From: Candidatus Latescibacterota bacterium
Lineage (GTDB): Bacteria > Latescibacterota > UBA2968 > GCA-2709665
Length of the DNA: 64,000 nt
Direction: 5' to 3'
Assembly: GCA_965237675.1 (NCBI GenBank)
Contig: OZ250150.1
Coordinates: forward strand, 1,888,001 to 1,952,000
Shown here one piece after another: positions 19,547-29,220 of this stretch (within the stretch, counting starts at the first letter, position 1; every line of letters begins with the position of its first letter). The translations under genes were made by a program, and so were the position numbers. The notes under the pieces were generated by a model that worked only from the letters and a program-made list of their open reading frames with translations, ran no database searches and was not told the DNA's origin.

Positions 19547-20191
19547 ATGAACACATTGCAACTCGCGGCGCCTTCCAATGCCTTTGTCCTGTTCAACGGC
19601 AAGGACCTGAGTAACTGGACCGCACTGGACGGCGGCGAACCCGGCTGGACCGTGGAAGACGGCATCCTCCAGGTCGTGTCCCGGTCCGGGGATATCGTAC
19701 ATACCGAATCCCTTACTGATTTCTGCCTTCACCTGGAATTCCGATGCCCGGACATGCCCGACGCCACGGGACAGGCCAAAGGCAACAGCGGGGTTTTCCT
19801 CCAGGGCCTCTATGAGATCCAGGTTCTGGATTCCTCGGGCGTCAACATTCCCGGTACCGGCGATTGCGGCGCCTTCTACGATCAGTCGGCCCCCCTCGTG
19901 AACGCCTGCAAACCGGCAATGGAATGGCAGTCGTACGACATCTGCTTCCGTGCGCCCCGCCTGGACGGCGCAGGGGAAGTCAGCGAACAGGCCCGCGCCA
20001 CCGTACTTCAAAACGGCATCGTCATCCACAACAACGTACAGGTTTCAGGCCCCACCGGTTCCGCTTCCAGTATGGCGGTTGAAACCTCCGGCCCGCTGCG
20101 CCTGCAGGACCACAAGGATCGGGTGGCCTATCGAAATATCTGGGCCGTGCCGCTTCCGCTCAAAGGATCGGATACCTACGAACCGAGTTAG
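19547..20191 (+). CDS. DUF1080 (3-keto-disaccharide hydrolase) domain protein
   Basis: LFNGKDLSNW, GNSGVF, YEIQVLDS, LQDH and YRNIW motifs. Confidence 0.93.
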   Translation: MNTLQLAAPSNAFVLFNGKDLSNWTALDGGEPGWTVEDGILQVVSRSGDIVHTESLTDFCLHLEFRCPDMPDATGQAKGNSGVFLQGLYEIQVLDSSGVNIPGTGDCGAFYDQSAPLVNACKPAMEWQSYDICFRAPRLDGAGEVSEQARATVLQNGIVIHNNVQVSGPTGSASSMAVETSGPLRLQDHKDRVAYRNIWAVPLPLKGSDTYEPS

Positions 20192-20279
20192 CCTGGAATC
20201 GTCGGGACGGAGAACAAAGGGCCGGGTGACACGTCCAGTACCGGACAACGAAACCGCCCGCACATAGAGACGGTCCAGT

Positions 20280-20876
20280 ATGAATGACACCATCGACCTG
20301 AGCAGCCTGGAGAAAGACCCCCGCCTGCTCAGGTTCGCCCTGAACGGAAGCTGCGTCGAGGGCCCCACGTTTGAAACCTGGAGGCGGGCCCGGTCCTTCA
20401 TTGCTTCAGCGATCCACCGCCCTGGAACGCTGCTGGATATCGGCTGTGCCAACGGTTTCCTGCTGCGGTGTCTCACGGAATGGTCCAACCACGAACTCAC
20501 CCCGTTCGGCATCGACGCCAGCGCCGGCAGGGCCGGGGATACCGAACGTTTCTTCCCCTCACAGCGCGACCATTTCGCCCGTCTTCCGGTCGAACGCCTG
20601 GGCGAAATCGGTTCTCGCGGCCTCCCGCAAGAGTACGACTTCATTTACTGGGCGATCTGGGACAATTACCGGTTCGACCGTCCGGACCGAATCGATCTCC
20701 TCAAATGCGCCCTCGAAAACGTGAAAGACGACGGACGGCTGATTCTGGGCTTTTACGACCGCGAGCCGGTCACTATCGAAAACAAAATCGCCCAGATCCA
20801 AGACCTCAACCTGGGGCATGCCGTCCGCGCGGCGAATCCGAACGGCCCGCAGGTACTGCTTCGTTTATCAAAATAG
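20280..20876 (+). CDS. Class I SAM-dependent methyltransferase
   Basis: LLDIGCANG motif I and FGID. Confidence 0.82.
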   Translation: MNDTIDLSSLEKDPRLLRFALNGSCVEGPTFETWRRARSFIASAIHRPGTLLDIGCANGFLLRCLTEWSNHELTPFGIDASAGRAGDTERFFPSQRDHFARLPVERLGEIGSRGLPQEYDFIYWAIWDNYRFDRPDRIDLLKCALENVKDDGRLILGFYDREPVTIENKIAQIQDLNLGHAVRAANPNGPQVLLRLSK

Positions 20877-20881
20877 CTTAC

Positions 20882-21120
20882 ATCGGTGAGAGGGGAGACG
20901 GTAGACGTGAGACGGAAGAGGTCCGCCCCTCCCGCCGCACCGGTTACGCATTGTTTTGTTATAGACGGTTTTTTGCGGACCTTACGCCGAGACGTGGGCG
21001 ATTCGCGAATCGCCCCTACAAATACAACAACGGCGCCGACAGTTTGGGTGTTCATGTTTCGCAGTGTGGTTTTCGGCCTTTGCCTTTAGCTGACCGCTGA
21101 CGACTGACTGCTGAAAGCTG
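20882..21120 (-). repeat. Composite heptad-repeat element containing a REP palindrome
   Basis: ATCGGTGAGAGG-GGAGACG-GTAGACG-TGAGACG heptads, REP GTGGGCGATTCGCGAATCGCCCCTAC (20994-21019) and AGCTGAC heptads at the far end. Confidence 0.7.
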
Positions 21121-21128
21121 CTTCCCAT

Positions 21129-21593
21129 TCACCCTTTGATCACGTCCTCGTATTCCTGGAACATCTCGATGCTGATCCCGTCAGGATCCAGCGCATACAT
21201 GGCGCGGGCAACGACCACCCCGTCGCGGTCCACGTCCGCGGGCGGATTGATGGAACCGAACCCCGCGTCCTTCAGCCGCGCATGCATCGCATCCACGTCG
21301 TCCACCTCGAACGCCACGTGCGACGCGCCCAGAAATCGGTTCTCCTGGGGCCGCGCTTCGACTTGTGGATGAACGTATTGCACGAGTTCCAGAATAAACT
21401 CGTTTACGGGATGACGCAGAATCGCAATCATCAGATGCACCCGGTCGTACCCCAGAATCGTATCGTACGAGGGCAGATCCTTACGTTCCGATATCCGCAC
21501 GAGTTCCATCCCGAGCAGATACCGGTAGAACGAGACCGAACGCTCCAGGTCCGATACCGTAAATCCGTGATGGTGCCCCATTACAATGCCCAT
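21129..21593 (-). CDS. VOC/glyoxalase family protein
   Basis: HHGFTVSDLERSVSFY, HVAFEVDD and DPDGISIE motifs. Confidence 0.92.
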   Translation of the reverse strand: MGIVMGHHHGFTVSDLERSVSFYRYLLGMELVRISERKDLPSYDTILGYDRVHLMIAILRHPVNEFILELVQYVHPQVEARPQENRFLGASHVAFEVDDVDAMHARLKDAGFGSINPPADVDRDGVVVARAMYALDPDGISIEMFQEYEDVIKG

Positions 21594-21789
21594 GTCTCTT
21601 CGCTCCCTGAAGGTCGACGACCGCTCCGGCGCCGGGTACCGGCTCCCGCGAGTGCGGCGCAAACGGTAACAATGCCAGGTTCATTTCGTCAAGCCGTCCG
21701 GCAAGTGCACGTCCGATTTGATAAATATAACATCGGGCGTTATAATTACAACACCCGTTGGACTCGGAGTGTTGTTCGTGTCGATTCAG

Positions 21790-21817
21790 GGAACTCGCGG
21801 ACCACGACGGTCGTCTA
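21790..21817 (+). promoter_or_regulatory. Candidate ECF sigma factor promoter
   Basis: GGAACT-N16-CGTCTA about 110 bp upstream of the exported thioredoxin-like gene. Confidence 0.45.
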
Positions 21818-21928
21818 TACTGAGCCAGTCACGGTGATCCGTCGACTGTTCGGAATCCAACCGATCCGCCCTATCGTCGGGCCGCCGCCGGCCCGGTCCG
21901 TTCTCACACCGTTTCAAGGAGTCAGTCT

Positions 21929-22366
21929 ATGCGCACCCGATGCACGCTCGCCGTTGCAGCCCTTACCCTTTTACTCACCGCCGGGCCCGGTCACGCAGGT
22001 ACCGTAGCGGTGGATGGCCAGGGCGACCCGGCTCTTTACGTCGTGAAGGTACACGCCGACTGGTGCGGCACCTGTACGGCCCTGGTACCCGTCCTCGAGG
22101 AGGTCCGGACGTCTCTTGCGGACAAGCCCGTCCTCTTTCTTGAACTGGACGTGACCGACGCGAAACGCACCGCCCAATCCCGCCTGCTGGCCGCCGCCCT
22201 GGGCATCGAGGAGCACTTCAAGGCCAACAACAGGACGGGCCTCATCCTGCTCATCGATCCCGCCAGGAAGGCCGTCGTGGAAACTCTGACCCGCAAGAAT
22301 CCCGCAGAGGAGATGACCGGCAAAATCATGGGCCACATCGCCGCAAGCGGAAAGACGTGCGAGTGA
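21929..22366 (+). CDS. Exported thioredoxin-domain protein
   Basis: Sec signal peptide (..GHA) and HADWCGTC. Confidence 0.88.
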   Translation: MRTRCTLAVAALTLLLTAGPGHAGTVAVDGQGDPALYVVKVHADWCGTCTALVPVLEEVRTSLADKPVLFLELDVTDAKRTAQSRLLAAALGIEEHFKANNRTGLILLIDPARKAVVETLTRKNPAEEMTGKIMGHIAASGKTCE

Positions 22367-22400
22367 GGAACCAGCGTCTCCTTCGAATAGGAATTCCAGA

Positions 22401-23468
22401 ATGATTATCAAGAAAATCACTTCGACGACCGTCAGTATCCCCTATGCCGCGCCCGTCGGCCCGTACGTGGGTCGAGGCGCGGGCGGCGGCACGCTGGGTG
22501 GGACCGGCCTTATTGTCAGAATCGAAGCCGACACGGGACTTGTAGGCTGGGGCGAGGGCACCGGCGGTTTCGAATCGGACCCCAACGCGATCCTCGCGGG
22601 CAGCCACGTCGCCGACATCGAAAAGGCGATCGGCCTGATGGAAGACGCGGGTATCCCCCGAGGTCCGATGTCGGGCGTTGAAATGGCGCTCTGGGACCTC
22701 CTGGGCAAACACGCGGGCCTGCCGCTGTGCCGCCTGATGGGCGGCGTTGTCCGAACCGAGGTCGACTTCACCGCCTGCATGGGCCTGAAAGAGCCCGAAC
22801 AGTCCGCCGCCACCGCGCGCGAATACATCGACCGATGGGGGTTCCGCTTCATCAAGACAAAGGCTGGCAACGACCCCGCGCAGGATCTGTCCATTGCCGA
22901 AGCGGCGCAGAAGGAGATCGGGGACGAAGCCGTATTCCGTCCGGATGCGAACGGTGGATACCCCCCGGAAGAGACACTGGACATTATGAAAAAAATGGCG
23001 GATCTGGGCGTCCGCCACTTTGAAGACCCGTGCCACACCGAGCACGTGGAAACGCTGGCGCGTGTGCGGGCCGAAGTCGGCACTCACGTCCTGGTGAACG
23101 GCGGGGTGACCCTGCCCGATAGCATCCGGCCTTTTCTGGAAGCCGGCTGCGCCGACTCCCTTATGCCGGATACGCCGGCCGCCGGCGCACTGTTGCGCGT
23201 GAGAAAAATCGCCGATGCGGCCGAACCATGGGCTGTCCCGTGCCTGATGCACTGCTCGCACGACCTGGGCCTCAAGACCGCCGCGATCACCCATATTGCG
23301 GCTTCAACACCCAACTTCTCCGGTCCCAACGACACGTGCTACCACGGTCTCGTCGACGATATTCTGACCGAGCCCTTGAGGTTTGAAAACGGCCGGCTGA
23401 AAGTCCCCCTCGGCCCCGGCCTGGGCGTGGAAGTCGACGAATCCAGGATCGAAAGGTACCGCGTCTGA
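22401..23468 (+). CDS. Mandelate racemase/muconate lactonizing (enolase superfamily) enzyme
   Basis: EMALWDLLGK, KTKAG, PDANGG, FEDP and GPGLGVE motifs. Confidence 0.93.
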   Translation: MIIKKITSTTVSIPYAAPVGPYVGRGAGGGTLGGTGLIVRIEADTGLVGWGEGTGGFESDPNAILAGSHVADIEKAIGLMEDAGIPRGPMSGVEMALWDLLGKHAGLPLCRLMGGVVRTEVDFTACMGLKEPEQSAATAREYIDRWGFRFIKTKAGNDPAQDLSIAEAAQKEIGDEAVFRPDANGGYPPEETLDIMKKMADLGVRHFEDPCHTEHVETLARVRAEVGTHVLVNGGVTLPDSIRPFLEAGCADSLMPDTPAAGALLRVRKIADAAEPWAVPCLMHCSHDLGLKTAAITHIAASTPNFSGPNDTCYHGLVDDILTEPLRFENGRLKVPLGPGLGVEVDESRIERYRV

Positions 23469-23550
23469 TACCCCTTCGACCTCCGGTGTGGATCGTATCC
23501 GGGACGGCATCGGTCCCGTTGTCTCTTCATATCATGTGGAAAGGCGTGGC

Positions 23551-24390
23551 ATGGGCACCTTACGGGTCGACGACCGCGACTGGTCCGCACTGACCCTGGG
23601 CGAACGCATCCGCCAGATCGAACTCGACGGATACGTCGTCCTGCCGAATCTGCTCACCCCGGAGCATGTCGCCGCGGTCAAGTCGGAGACTGCAAAATTG
23701 GAAACCCGCGCGGTGGACTACAGCGTCCACCAGCAGGTCTGTCCGAATATACAGTTCACCGGCGGCCCGATCACCGAACTCATCGCACATCCACCCACCC
23801 TCGCCTTCCTCAACGACCTCTTCGGCGGCGAAACCATCGTCATGTCCTACACCTACGCCCGCTCCGAGCCCGGTCACCCCGGTATCAGCCTCCATACCGA
23901 CGGCCAGCCCTACGGCTCCCGGATTTTCGGGTACGGCGGCAGCGTACCGTTTATGGTCCGGGTGCTCTATTACCTGGACGATCTCACGCGGGACGTCTCG
24001 CCCTTCCGGGTTATCCCTCGCTCCCATCTGTCGATGCATACCGACGCCAACCCGTACAAACGCTACGGGGACCATCCCGAACAGGTCATGGTCCCCGTAA
24101 ATACAGGCGGCGCCGTTCTGATCAACCACAAAGTCTTCCACGGGAACTTCCCCAACACCGGCGCCCATGCCCGTGAAATGCTCGCTATTGCCTACCGCCC
24201 CGCGTGGGCCGGCCCCATTGCCGACGTGCCCGCGTGGAACGACGCCGACCTCGCCACCCTGCCCGAATCCGTGCGTCCCCTGTTTGCCGATCCCAACACC
24301 CGCCACTGGGACTTCCACGGCGGCAACAAACCTGCCAACATGGCCCGCGAGGCGCCCGGCCTCAACCCCAGCCGCTGGGATCGCCGGTAG
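23551..24390 (+). CDS. PhyH family dioxygenase
   Basis: LDGYVVL, LHTD, IPRSH and VFHG motifs. Confidence 0.88.
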   Translation: MGTLRVDDRDWSALTLGERIRQIELDGYVVLPNLLTPEHVAAVKSETAKLETRAVDYSVHQQVCPNIQFTGGPITELIAHPPTLAFLNDLFGGETIVMSYTYARSEPGHPGISLHTDGQPYGSRIFGYGGSVPFMVRVLYYLDDLTRDVSPFRVIPRSHLSMHTDANPYKRYGDHPEQVMVPVNTGGAVLINHKVFHGNFPNTGAHAREMLAIAYRPAWAGPIADVPAWNDADLATLPESVRPLFADPNTRHWDFHGGNKPANMAREAPGLNPSRWDRR

Positions 24391-24551
24391 GGGTAATCCG
24401 AAGTCGAAAACCGACGACCCGTCAACCGGTTTCGCATCCCCGCGTCGAACGGGAATCCGTGCGGGTCTCCGATCGGACTCACCTTCCCCTTACGAGACGT
24501 TTGTCGCGGCTCTATGCATCTCAAGTGACCGAACTCGTGTTTCCCCCGCAT

Positions 24552-25439
24552 TCATGTCTGCGGGTTCCAGTCCGCCCCCAAGGCATCGAACTGGCTGTAA
24601 AAAGAATCCAACACGGCGTCGGCGAGAGGTCCCTTTGCCGTCAGTTCCAGGTTATCCCGGGCATGATCCGGATTCGTCGTTCCCACAATCGCCGTATCGA
24701 TGGCATCCTGTGAAAGCGTGAAACGCAGCGAAAGCTCGATGGGATCCTCGGGGGCTCCCTCAGGAATTTCGAGCTGCCGCGCCCGCTCCCAGTAGGCATC
24801 GGCGTAACCGTACGGCGACGCCGCCTGCCCGATCGCTCCGTTGGCTATCGGCCTCTTGGCGATCACGCCCATCTCCGCATCCCGTGCCTCCGGAAGCACC
24901 TCGGCGCGGGCGTGCTGATCCACCACATTGAACGACGTCTGCAGCGTGCTGAACACCCCCATCCGTATGGCCACCAGAGCGTCCTCCCCGTCGCCGCTAT
25001 ACCCCACGTACCGCGTCTTTCCCGCTTCCTTCGCCCGCATCACAGCGTCTACGGCCTCTCCCGCCCTGAGCACGTCCGCCGAACAGGTGTGGAGTTGGAC
25101 CAGGTCGACGTGGTCCGTCCTCAGCCGCTGCAACGACCGGTCGATGCTCTCCTCGATCACGGCGCGCGACCAGGGCTCGCCAGTTGCGTCTCCGGTCACG
25201 TGGCCGCACTTCGTGGCCAGCACGTATTCGTGCCGCCGCCCACCGATGTACCGGCCGATCAGTTCCTCGCTGTCGTGATAGCACGCCGCGGTGTCGATCA
25301 ACGTGATCCCGTCGTCCAGCAGCCGGTTCAGCACCCTTCCCACCCGATCGGGTTTTACGTCTTCAAGTCCGATCCTGGCGCCTCCGAAACCCAGGCGTGT
25401 GACTTCCATGTCCGTCCTGCCAAGCGTACGTTTCTCCAT
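24552..25439 (-). CDS. Aldo/keto reductase
   Basis: MEKRTLGRT, IDTAACY, LATKCG and SLQRLRTDHVDLVQLH motifs. Confidence 0.93.
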   Translation of the reverse strand: MEKRTLGRTDMEVTRLGFGGARIGLEDVKPDRVGRVLNRLLDDGITLIDTAACYHDSEELIGRYIGGRRHEYVLATKCGHVTGDATGEPWSRAVIEESIDRSLQRLRTDHVDLVQLHTCSADVLRAGEAVDAVMRAKEAGKTRYVGYSGDGEDALVAIRMGVFSTLQTSFNVVDQHARAEVLPEARDAEMGVIAKRPIANGAIGQAASPYGYADAYWERARQLEIPEGAPEDPIELSLRFTLSQDAIDTAIVGTTNPDHARDNLELTAKGPLADAVLDSFYSQFDALGADWNPQT

Positions 25440-25697
25440 CGCGAACCCTCCATTAAGAGCGTGAGACGTAAGAAGGAAGACGTAAGAGGACCACCCCGGC
25501 ACCCGGCGGTCTTTCGCGCTTTGCCTTGCCTGACGTCTCCCGTCTTCCCTCTTGCTTCTCACCGAATTAAATGCGGATCTGATGCGAAGTCTTGTGTCCC
25601 TTCTCCACCCGAAATCCGGCCCGACCGCACTGCGAAACGGAAAGATAAGGTCAACGTAAGGGAAATGCAAGAGGTTACCCGTTAATCCCGTTTTGGG

Positions 25698-25726
25698 TTG
25701 ACAGCAAAGCCCACTTGCGTTAGGTT
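25698..25726 (+). promoter_or_regulatory. Candidate sigma70 promoter
   Basis: TTGACA-N17-TAGGTT upstream of the PhyH gene at 25843. Confidence 0.55.
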
Positions 25727-25842
25727 TGGATATCGCGTTATACGCAGGCTGAAAACCGCGGGAACAAAGGGCTCATCCCCTCGTTGCGCCCGCCCCCGAG
25801 CCCGGGGGTCCGGAAACCCGCACCTGCCCGGAGGAGACACCG

Positions 25843-26709
25843 ATGGAACAGACCCGTGAACGGGCCGCCTTCGACAATTACGTCAACGACGGCGGCTATA
25901 CCGAGGACCTTTACGAATTTCACGAAATCGACGAGGGTGTCGAGAGCCTCGACGCCGCGACCGGTGCGGACGTGGAACATTTCCATCAGAATGGCTATCT
26001 GGCCATCAGGAACGCGTTTACGAGCGCCGAAGTCGACGACATGCTCAGCGGCCTCATGGATCTCATCAAGGGGAAAAACCCGGAATTCAAAGGCGTGCAG
26101 TTCGAAGCCAGCTACAAGGACAGGCTGCACGCGCTTTCAGACGACGAGCGGTGGGACGCCGTGCGAAAGCTCCAGTATTTCATGGGCTACGACCACCGCC
26201 TGACCGCTCTGGCCGAACACCCGAAAATCCTGGACATCATGGCCCGGATCATCGGCGAAGAACCGGCGCTCTATTCGCACCAGGCCATTCTCAAACCACC
26301 CAGGGTGGGGCGCGAAAAACCCTGGCACCAGGACCACGCCTATTTCAATCTGCCCATGGGCACCCCCATCGTGAGCATGTGGATTTCCCTGGACAGGGCC
26401 ACGCCCGAAAACGGCTGCATGCGGGTGATCCCCGGCACCCACCTACAGGGTCCCAGAGTTCATTTCAAGCGCCGCGACTGGCAGATCTGCGATACGCACC
26501 TGGTCCGGGACCACGTCGTGGCGGTCCCGCTCGAACCGGGCGGCTGCCTCATCTGGTCCGGTATGATTCATCACGGCACCCCGGCCAACACCACGTCCTA
26601 CAGGCGCCGGGCCATCCAACTCCACTATTGTCCCGCGCGTGTGAAAGCAACCACGTCACAGGAACGCCTGGCCGTATTCGGCAGCGAGGGAAAAGACGTC
26701 ACCTGCTGA
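25843..26709 (+). CDS. PhyH family dioxygenase
   Basis: QNGYL, KPWHQDH, ENGCMRVIPGTH and HHGT motifs. Confidence 0.94.
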   Translation: MEQTRERAAFDNYVNDGGYTEDLYEFHEIDEGVESLDAATGADVEHFHQNGYLAIRNAFTSAEVDDMLSGLMDLIKGKNPEFKGVQFEASYKDRLHALSDDERWDAVRKLQYFMGYDHRLTALAEHPKILDIMARIIGEEPALYSHQAILKPPRVGREKPWHQDHAYFNLPMGTPIVSMWISLDRATPENGCMRVIPGTHLQGPRVHFKRRDWQICDTHLVRDHVVAVPLEPGGCLIWSGMIHHGTPANTTSYRRRAIQLHYCPARVKATTSQERLAVFGSEGKDVTC

Positions 26710-26737
26710 AGCTCGATCAGCTCCGCACGTACCATCG

Positions 26738-26774
26738 AAAAAGCCCCGGTGAAGATGTCTCCCGGGGCCTTTTT
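26738..26774 (+). terminator. Intrinsic terminator
   Basis: GCCCCGG/CCGGGGC stem followed by a T-run after the PhyH gene. Confidence 0.6.
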
Positions 26775-26827
26775 CGCCTTTGTCGCATCGTGCCCGTCGC
26801 AACGTGGTCATTGCCTGCGTTGCCTGC

Positions 26828-26925
26828 GCTGAGCTTGTCGAAGCGAGCTTGTCGAAATGTCCACGTTGCGCTACCTGTTCGGTGCCTTTGGGCAGCCCTT
26901 CGCCGACCCTTCGACAGGCTCAGGG
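26828..26925. repeat. REP-like inverted pair (CTGAGCTTGTCGAAG type)
   Basis: GCTGAGCTTGTCGAAG ... CTTCGACAGGCTCAG. Confidence 0.65.
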
Positions 26926-27022
26926 CACCGGCTCGGGGCAGGGCTTACGGACCACCGACTCGGCGGCCGTATTTCGGCAATCTATCTCCGGGAATGAACA
27001 CCAGCGCGCTTCGTCCCATCAC

Positions 27023-27853
27023 ATGGACACCAAACTCCACATCCTGCTCCGAATCCTGTTAGGCGGCGTGGCCCTCTACCTCGTCTATGCCGCCATCCTC
27101 TTCTTCACGCAGCGCCGTATCGTCTTTCCCCGCAAACTGATCGGGCCGTCCCCGCCCGACCTGTCAGATGCGTCCGAAATGGAACGCATCTGGTTGGATA
27201 CTCGAGCCGGCAGAACCGAGTCGTGGCTGCTCCCGTCGAAAGCGGACGCGCGGCCCGGGCCCGCGGTCATCTTCGCCCACGGCAACGCGGAACTCATCGA
27301 CCACTGGGCCGGCGAAATGACGGCCTTCACCCGTCTCGGATTCGCGGTCCTGCTTGTCGAATATCCCGGTTACGGGCGCTCCGATGGGTCGCCCACCCAG
27401 GCCAGCGTCACGGAAACCTTAGTCACCGCCTACGACATGCTGGCCGCCCGCGAGGATGTGGACACAAACCGCATCGTTTTCATGGGCCGCTCGCTCGGAG
27501 GGGGCGCCGTGTGCGCGCTTGCGGCCGAACGCTCTCCGGCGGCGCTCATCCTGCTGTCCACGTTCAAGAGCATCAGCGCCGTGGCCGTGGAGAAATACTA
27601 CGTGCCCGGATTCTTCGCTCGCGATTCGTTCGACAATCTGACAATGCTGGGCGGCTATGCCGGCCCCGTTCTCATCGCCCACGGCACGCGGGACAACGTA
27701 ATTCCGTACAGCCATGGCGTCGCCCTGCACCGCGCGGCCAGACGTAGCCGCCTCATCACGTATGAAGCCGGGCATAACAACTGCCCGCCCGATTGGCCGG
27801 CCTTCTGGCGCGAGGTCGAACGCTTTTTGCGCGATGAAGGAATTGTCCCGTAA
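27023..27853 (+). CDS. Membrane-anchored alpha/beta hydrolase
   Basis: N-terminal TM helix; HGNAE, GRSLGG, HGTRD and GHN motifs. Confidence 0.92.
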   Translation: MDTKLHILLRILLGGVALYLVYAAILFFTQRRIVFPRKLIGPSPPDLSDASEMERIWLDTRAGRTESWLLPSKADARPGPAVIFAHGNAELIDHWAGEMTAFTRLGFAVLLVEYPGYGRSDGSPTQASVTETLVTAYDMLAAREDVDTNRIVFMGRSLGGGAVCALAAERSPAALILLSTFKSISAVAVEKYYVPGFFARDSFDNLTMLGGYAGPVLIAHGTRDNVIPYSHGVALHRAARRSRLITYEAGHNNCPPDWPAFWREVERFLRDEGIVP

Positions 27854-27923
27854 GTGCGGCTCTGGTCGTGCATGGACGGTTCGGGTTCCTATGGCAGACT
27901 TCGCCTGACTAATTCACAAAAAA

Positions 27924-28177
27924 GGACCTCTCCCCCCGGCCCCCTCTCCTGCGAGGAGAGGGGGAGTCGAACGAAGTGGCGCGTAAACAATGTTTTATAC
28001 AACCTCTGATTGATTGGAGAACGCCATCTCGTCACTTTTCCAAGCGCAACTCGCCGACCAATCACGATATTTCGCACGGATTTTTTCGTCAATCGAAACG
28101 TCTTCATCCAATCCAACCGTTCATCAGCCGATCACAGTTCCCCCTTCCTCTCAGGAAGGGGGTTAGGGGGTAGGTCT
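27924..28177. repeat. DUF559-cassette-derived repeat with gene remnant
   Basis: Same terminal palindromes as 5691-5872; minus-strand remnant RNIVIGRRV resembles a DUF559 endonuclease N-terminus. Confidence 0.6.
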
Positions 28178-28344
28178 CGTCTGTTTCAGACTATCCAAAT
28201 CCAGAATGTATCACACATTGGGATTCGCTTTCTCTATTCACTTGGAAGCTGTTTCTGCTTCGTGAAACTGCAGTCCGTGACAATTCATGAAATTATTCAG
28301 GTTAGGGGGAGTTGACAAGCACGCTACAGCAGAAAGGACTGACC

Positions 28345-29085
28345 GTGCCATTGGATTACACCAGGTACGCGCGTGACGAGGACGTGGCGTTTTTCCAGCG
28401 CGAACTGGCATCGTTCGTGCCCGATACAGGGTTTACGACGCCCACTGCCATCTGGACGTGCCGGGCAGCGGGCAGCCGCTGGTGAAAGATTTCGAAGAGG
28501 GTGTCGATCACGCCGGGTATGTGCGTCTGATGGACTGCATGATGCCGGGGAGGGATATCGCGGCGAATTTCATTTCGTTCCATACGAGCCCGGAGTGGCA
28601 TGCCAGTTCCAACGAATGGACGGCCAGACAGGCGGCGCTCGATTCCCGCTGCAGCCGCGCGCAGACCGCTGGGGATTTTAAGACAGCTTCTTAAGCCCGA
28701 CGACGATCCGGAATGGGTGCGGCAGGTGGCGAAGCGGCTGGGCCTGAGCGGGCTGAAGTGCTATCATCTCCAGGCGCCGAGACACCCGTCGTGGGAGGAG
28801 GGCCGGCCCACGTGGGATGCGGATATCTGCGATTATCTGCCGGAGTCTCTGGTGAGGGTGGCCGACGACGAGGGCTGGGTGATCACCCTGCATCCGGTCA
28901 AGCGGCGGGCGGCGGCGGATCCGGCGAATATCCACTGGATACGCCGCTACTGCGAGACGTTTCCAAATATGAAACTGATCCTGGCGCACTCCGCGCGAGG
29001 GTTTCAGCCGGCGCACAATCTCGAGGGTCTGTCGCGGTTGGAGGGACTGGAGAATCTGTATTTCGATTGCAGTGTCAACTGTTTT
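28345..29085 (+). pseudogene. Amidohydrolase pseudogene
   Basis: Three frames: MPLDYTRYARDEDVAFFQRELASFVPD / YDAHCHL... / KPDDDPEWVR..GLKCYH..ILAHSARGF..LYFDCS; frameshift near 28428, MITE-end scar 28650-28691, 3' truncation. Confidence 0.8.
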
Positions 29086-29220
29086 CTCGTGGTCCGGGCG
29101 GTGATTGTGGCCTGGGTGGTGGCTGTGGAGTTGTTTGCGGTCTTGGAGGCGGTGCCGGTCTCGGGCTTGCGGGATTGCGCGGCGGCCTTATGGCTCTTCC
29201 CTCTCCGCCCCTTTCTCCCA

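Noticed and set aside
1718-28177. CRISPR array or integron attC sites among the many palindromes
   Set aside because: No regular repeat-spacer periodicity, no cas or integrase genes, and no consistent RYYYAAC/GTTRRRY ends
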